DNA of 24,000 bases from Parasporobacterium paucivorans DSM 15970 (GTDB lineage Bacteria; Bacillota; Clostridia; Lachnospirales; Lachnospiraceae): positions 14,104 to 38,103 of the forward strand of contig NZ_FQYT01000025.1 of the NCBI RefSeq assembly GCF_900141895.1. The letters run 5' to 3'. Position 1 is the first letter of the stretch; each line of letters opens with the position of its first letter. Below the pieces are notes generated by a model that ran no database searches, was not told where the DNA came from, and saw only the letters and a program-made list of their open reading frames with translations. A program made the translations under genes and the position numbers. Positions 22,887 to 24,000 of this stretch are shown in pieces.

Positions 22887-24000
22887 GTGCGCCTGGCGGC
22901 GCACGTTTCTAAAGGGTGAAAGTCCCAAATCCGCCCTAGTAGTGGGAAGGATACAGCCAAGACCAAGGGTGTCCATCGTGAGGTGGAATCTGAAGGAAGG
23001 TGGAGGCAAAACTCTGGTCTGACGAACAGAAATCACATGAGGCTATACGTTGAGGATAAGGTTGCCAGACAAACCAAAGTCCAATTACTACTCGGAATCA
23101 ACTATAGTAAATGTGGCAGATGGATGGAGTGAAAGAAACGTGTGGTACCCAGGGAGATCTCGCCAGCGGATGGAAACAGAGTATGAAATCCGTGAGTAAC
23201 AACGAATGGCGAGAAGTCAGCAGAAGCCATATTAAACCGATGGTTGCAAAAATCGGCGAAGGGCTGAACTTTAGGAGATACAAGCAATGAAAGTAACTGA
23301 TAGTAGATTTAAGAACAGACAACTTCATATTGAGGACTATCTGCAAATGGTATCGGCGGAACAGAAAGAGTATGCAGAAGTGTTCGACTACGGGAAGATT
23401 ACTGAAAAGAGCGGTATCATCACAGACTATTGGACGAACAATCTTTTGGATTTGATTTTACTAAAAGATAACCTTAATAAGGCTTATAAAAGGGTGAAAG
23501 CAAACAAGGGCAAAGGTGGAATTGATGGTATGCAGGTGGATGAACTTCTGCCCTTCCTAAGAGAAAATCAAGATACCCTAATCCAAGAGATAAGGAATGG
23601 TAAATATAAGCCAAACCCAGTTCGAAGGGTAGAAATACCCAAAGAAACAAAAGGTGAGTTTAGAAAGATAGGAGTTCCAACTGTAGTTGACAGGGTTATT
23701 CAACAGGCAATCACACAGGAACTTACACCAATCTATGAGGAACAATTCTCAGAAAACAGTTTTGGTTTTCGACCAAAAAGAGGAGCACACGGTGCCCTCA
23801 AGCAGTGCCAAAAGAATGTAAACGATGGCTATGTATATGTGGTGGATATGGACTTGGAAAAGTTCTTTGATACTGTAAGTCAGAGTAAACTGATTGAGGT
23901 ACTTAGCAGAACCATTAAAGACGGTAGACTGATTTCACTCATCCATAAATATCTGAATGCGGGAGTTATTGCAAACGGAATGTTTGAGAGAACAGAAATA
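22887..24000 (+). mobile_element. Group II intron (5' portion; continues beyond the window)
   Basis: GTGCG lies at 22887, the expected 5' boundary. Strings typical of domain I are present (GGGTGAAAGTCCC, GGTGGAATCTGAAGGAAGG). About 400 nt of structured non-coding RNA precede an RT/maturase ORF that begins at 23287. Confidence 0.85.
23287..24000 (+). CDS. Group II intron reverse transcriptase/maturase (N-terminal 238 codons; truncated by the window end)
   Basis: My own translation is open from the ATG at 23287 to the window end. 'AYKRVKANKGKGGIDGM', 'RRVEIPKETKGEFRKIGVPTVVDRVIQQAI', 'SFGFRPKRGAHGAL' and 'YVVDMDLEKFFDTV' are RT blocks 1-4. The YADD block would lie beyond 24000. Confidence 0.9.
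   Translation, partial: MKVTDSRFKNRQLHIEDYLQMVSAEQKEYAEVFDYGKITEKSGIITDYWTNNLLDLILLKDNLNKAYKRVKANKGKGGIDGMQVDELLPFLRENQDTLIQEIRNGKYKPNPVRRVEIPKETKGEFRKIGVPTVVDRVIQQAITQELTPIYEEQFSENSFGFRPKRGAHGALKQCQKNVNDGYVYVVDMDLEKFFDTVSQSKLIEVLSRTIKDGRLISLIHKYLNAGVIANGMFERTEI

Overview
The window looks like chromosomal DNA from a monoderm, Clostridia-like anaerobe. Supporting signs are GGAGG-type ribosome binding sites (RBS), a sortase-type xPxTG sorting signal, cell-wall-binding repeats on a GH25 muramidase, and ferredoxin, rubredoxin-like and corrinoid-type methyltransferase-family genes. Almost all genes are on the + strand. From left to right the window contains the following. (1) A P-II nitrogen signal protein, a convergent 7TM-receptor GGDEF diguanylate cyclase, and a seven-bladed DUF5050 lipoprotein. 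(2) An approximately 8.8 kb run of eight genes with essentially no intergenic space (4237-13075): two secreted or anchored surface proteins, a GlpA-like FAD oxidoreductase, a second oxidoreductase fused to DUF1667, a FecCD-type ABC importer (permease, ATPase, binding lipoprotein), and an uncharacterised protein with a TiaS-like N-terminal DDTD motif and a C-terminal Cys-rich ribbon. (3) A small redox cluster made of a rubredoxin-like protein, a 4Fe-4S ferredoxin and a short molybdopterin-oxidoreductase-fold lipoprotein. (4) A GH25 lysozyme. (5) A compact three-gene operon of an NTF2/SnoaL-like protein, a URO-D-family protein and a clear heliorhodopsin. (6) An AT-rich gap followed by a visibly more AT-rich block of four unrelated genes (pirin-like, Bcr/CflA MFS, flavodoxin-like, UDP-galactopyranose mutase). 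Every boundary in this block carries the perfect 13-nt palindrome GGGGTCAGACCCC, in five exact copies plus one 12/13 copy, and I saw no exact copy in the first 19 kb by eye. (7) A group II intron with a truncated reverse transcriptase/maturase ORF, inserted 7 nt after a terminator hairpin. The most interesting items are the palindrome-delimited cassette-like block, the heliorhodopsin operon, and the surface-protein / oxidoreductase / ABC / TiaS-like operon. No rRNA, tRNA or CRISPR array was recognised. All homology statements come from reading the translations and from recalled family motifs, not from database searches.
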